64,000 nt of DNA from positions 1,376,001 through 1,440,000 of the forward strand of contig OZ242372.1 in assembly GCA_965209035.1 (NCBI GenBank), given 5' to 3'. This document shows, piece by piece, positions 62,164-64,000 of the stretch. This DNA is from Gammaproteobacteria bacterium (GTDB taxonomy: Bacteria; Pseudomonadota; Gammaproteobacteria; CBDBNL01; JAAOII01). A model generated the notes under the pieces. It did not search any database. It saw only the letters and a program-made list of their open reading frames with translations, and had not been told where the DNA came from. Within the stretch, counting starts at the first letter, position 1; the number at the start of each line of letters is the position of its first letter. The position numbers were made by a program, and so were the translations under genes.

Positions 62164-62301
62164 AGCCCGCCCTGCCCCGACATTAATTGCGATTGCGATT
62201 GTGATTTTGTGTTCTGCTCAGCTCAGCCTTGACAAAAAGCCACCGCCTGTTGGAATGAACCCCGCCCTGCCCCGACATTAATTGCGATTGCGATTGTGAT
62301 T
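62152..62301. repeat. 55-bp direct repeat of the rnhB 3' end
   Basis: ctgttggaatgaa.cccgccctgccccgacattaattgcgattgcgattgtgatt at 62152 and 62247, with 1 mismatch. Confidence 0.85.
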
Positions 62302-62319
62302 GCCCGCACTTGCCGGTCA

Positions 62320-63195
62320 TCACAGTAATCCCGCCCAGAGACCGAGCAGAATCATCCAACCAAAACGGTTGTTGTCGCGAAACGAGTCGAGACAAGCGTG
62401 CGTGTGTGTATATCCGGCTGTTCGTCGCCAATGCAGGAAGAAGAGAATTGCCCCGCAGCCGGGCGCAACATAAAAGGACGGGTGAAGTTGTTGCCACAGA
62501 CCGAACAGAGTCAGTCCGCAAAGAAGAAGAGTTTGCAGGAAGACGATGGCCGCCGGAGTATGCTTGCCAAAAAATAACGCGCCGGAATGCATACCCATCA
62601 GGCGGTCATCTTTTTGGTCGCAGAGCGAATATTGAATGTCGTAAGCGAGAATCCAAATCAGGTTTAATCCGTAGAGTGCCCATGCCTGTAGTGGCAAAGC
62701 GTCCGCCTGCGCGGCGTATGCCATTAAAACGCCCATACCAAAGACCAGACCTAAAACGAGTTGCGGTAAAAAGAAGAATCTCTTGCATAGCGGATAAAGA
62801 ATCGCGCCCGGCAAGGCGAAAAGGGCGACAAGCTGCGCCCGGGAATTAAGAAACAACAAAAGAGCCAACGCAATGGAGATCAAGATCACAAAGAGAGCCA
62901 GCGCGTCGCGCCTTCCCAGGGCACCGCTTGCCAGGGGTCTTTGTTTGGTGCGTCGGACTTGTCGGTCCAGTTTGAGGTCCCAGAAATCATTAATCACGCA
63001 ACCGGCACTGCGCATGACAAAGCAGCCGCCGGTAAAAATTAGAAAGAGAGATAAGTCCGGGCTGCCGTTGCCGGCGAACAACAATGCCCACCAGGTCGGC
63101 GTGAGGATCAGATAAAAACCGATGGGCTGATGCCAGCGCATCAGGCGGGCACAGCTTGTCAAATAGGCGGTCGGGAACTTGTCGGCAGATGGCAT
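62320..63195 (-). CDS. ubiA: 4-hydroxybenzoate octaprenyltransferase
   Basis: RSAGCVIND, D..VRRT..RPLASG, YPLCKR and YD..Y..D..DD. Start moved to 63195 because the longer ORF runs into rnpB. Confidence 0.92.
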   Translation of the reverse strand: MPSADKFPTAYLTSCARLMRWHQPIGFYLILTPTWWALLFAGNGSPDLSLFLIFTGGCFVMRSAGCVINDFWDLKLDRQVRRTKQRPLASGALGRRDALALFVILISIALALLLFLNSRAQLVALFALPGAILYPLCKRFFFLPQLVLGLVFGMGVLMAYAAQADALPLQAWALYGLNLIWILAYDIQYSLCDQKDDRLMGMHSGALFFGKHTPAAIVFLQTLLLCGLTLFGLWQQLHPSFYVAPGCGAILFFLHWRRTAGYTHTHACLDSFRDNNRFGWMILLGLWAGLL

Positions 63196-63208
63196 AAGAT
63201 TCAAAAAA

Positions 63209-63538
63209 GCGAGGCAGTCTGTAAGCCGGGTTCTGGTATAGACAGTCATCCATCTTTGCGGCCTACCTGTGTCCATGCGAGCAACATCATTGACTCTGTT
63301 TGGCCTTGCTTCGGACGGGGTTTACCCTGCCGCTTGCGTTACCGCAAGCGCGGTGCGCTCTTACCGCACCTTTTCAACCTTACCCGAACATCCAAAGATA
63401 ACATCCAAAGATGCGGGGGCGGTGTGTTTTCTGTGGCACTTTCCGTAGGCTTGCGCCCCCCGACCTCCGTCGGCGTCCCGCTCTGTGAAGCCCGGACTTT
63501 CCTCTTTTCTGCGAAAAGCGACTGCCCGACTGCCTCGC
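63209..63538 (-). ncRNA. rnpB: RNase P RNA, type A (lacking P18)
   Basis: GAGGAAAGTCCGGGC, GGTGCGGTAAGAGCGCACCG, GGTAAACCCC and AGAACCCGGCTTA; P1 GCGAGGCAGTC/GACTGCCTCGC. Confidence 0.93.
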
Positions 63539-63603
63539 TTGTTTTTATTTTACAACTTTTTTAGAGGAGTAAATGGCGCGGTCTGAGTGCGTATGACGAT
63601 TTG

Positions 63604-63999
63604 TTACAGATCGGCAAGTAAAGACTCTAATTTTTTCTCGAAGGTCTTATATGTTTTTTGGTGTGTTTTTGGTAATTTTTTATGCGGAATTTTTAATTGC
63701 TTTAATACTTCTTCAAATTTTCTAAATCCTAACTCACTTCTAAATTCAACCCATGCGATGCCTCGCTCCGTTAGTTGTCTTTTGTTCATATCGGAAAGTT
63801 TGTCCGCCACAAATATCTTGCTATCCCGTGCAATCACGGCATCGGCACTTTCCGGATTACCTCTTCCCATTAGTTTCACTTCGCATTTATACTTGTGATG
63901 TTCGGGGCTCCCGGAAATCAAATAAAAATCTACTTCTCGCTCAAAACTGTCGGCTCCCGTATTTTTGCCGAGCGTTTTGCATAAGTAGTGTTTTTTAGG
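63604..63999 (-). CDS. C-terminal part of a PD-(D/E)xK restriction endonuclease (CfrBI-family-like), truncated by the window edge
   Basis: Frame is open to the edge: EREVDFYL..KCEVKLMGRGNPESADA..FVADKLS. Family assignment is from recall. Confidence 0.65.
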   Translation of the reverse strand, partial: PKKHYLCKTLGKNTGADSFEREVDFYLISGSPEHHKYKCEVKLMGRGNPESADAVIARDSKIFVADKLSDMNKRQLTERGIAWVEFRSELGFRKFEEVLKQLKIPHKKLPKTHQKTYKTFEKKLESLLADL

Positions 64000-64000
64000 A

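Noticed and set aside
63196-63564. ubiA N-terminal extension to 63276 and ORF 63130-63564
   Set aside because: Both overlap the clearly recognisable rnpB gene.

Overview
Bacterial chromosome segment, most likely a gammaproteobacterium (rpoH, ubiA, petABC, glnA, rppH, UPF0149, type A RNase P RNA). Its abundance of TPR, fibronectin-III, TSP3 and YD-repeat proteins suggests a host-associated organism such as a marine invertebrate symbiont (inference). The first ~24 kb is an AT-richer accessory/defence region: two TPR-transmembrane paralogs, McrBC, a PLD-SNF2 helicase with an N6-adenine methyltransferase, two tandem ImmA/IrrE peptidases, a Panacea-membrane protein pair, tRNA-Ala, a TIR-membrane protein pair and an orphan methyltransferase. 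The remainder is housekeeping DNA interrupted by an array of seven small membrane-anchored coiled-coil genes (30.7-33.5 kb), whose stalks differ only by exact 7- and 11-residue modules. It also holds three mosaic Fn3/TSP3/GLUG-like lipoproteins, one intact IS1016-group element and three IS1595-family remnants or MITEs. Other oddities are an RNase P RNA lacking helix P18, tRNAs without encoded CCA, repeated tandem duplications of gene boundaries, and a steroid 5-alpha-reductase-like operon. All family assignments come from motif recognition by eye; no searches were run.
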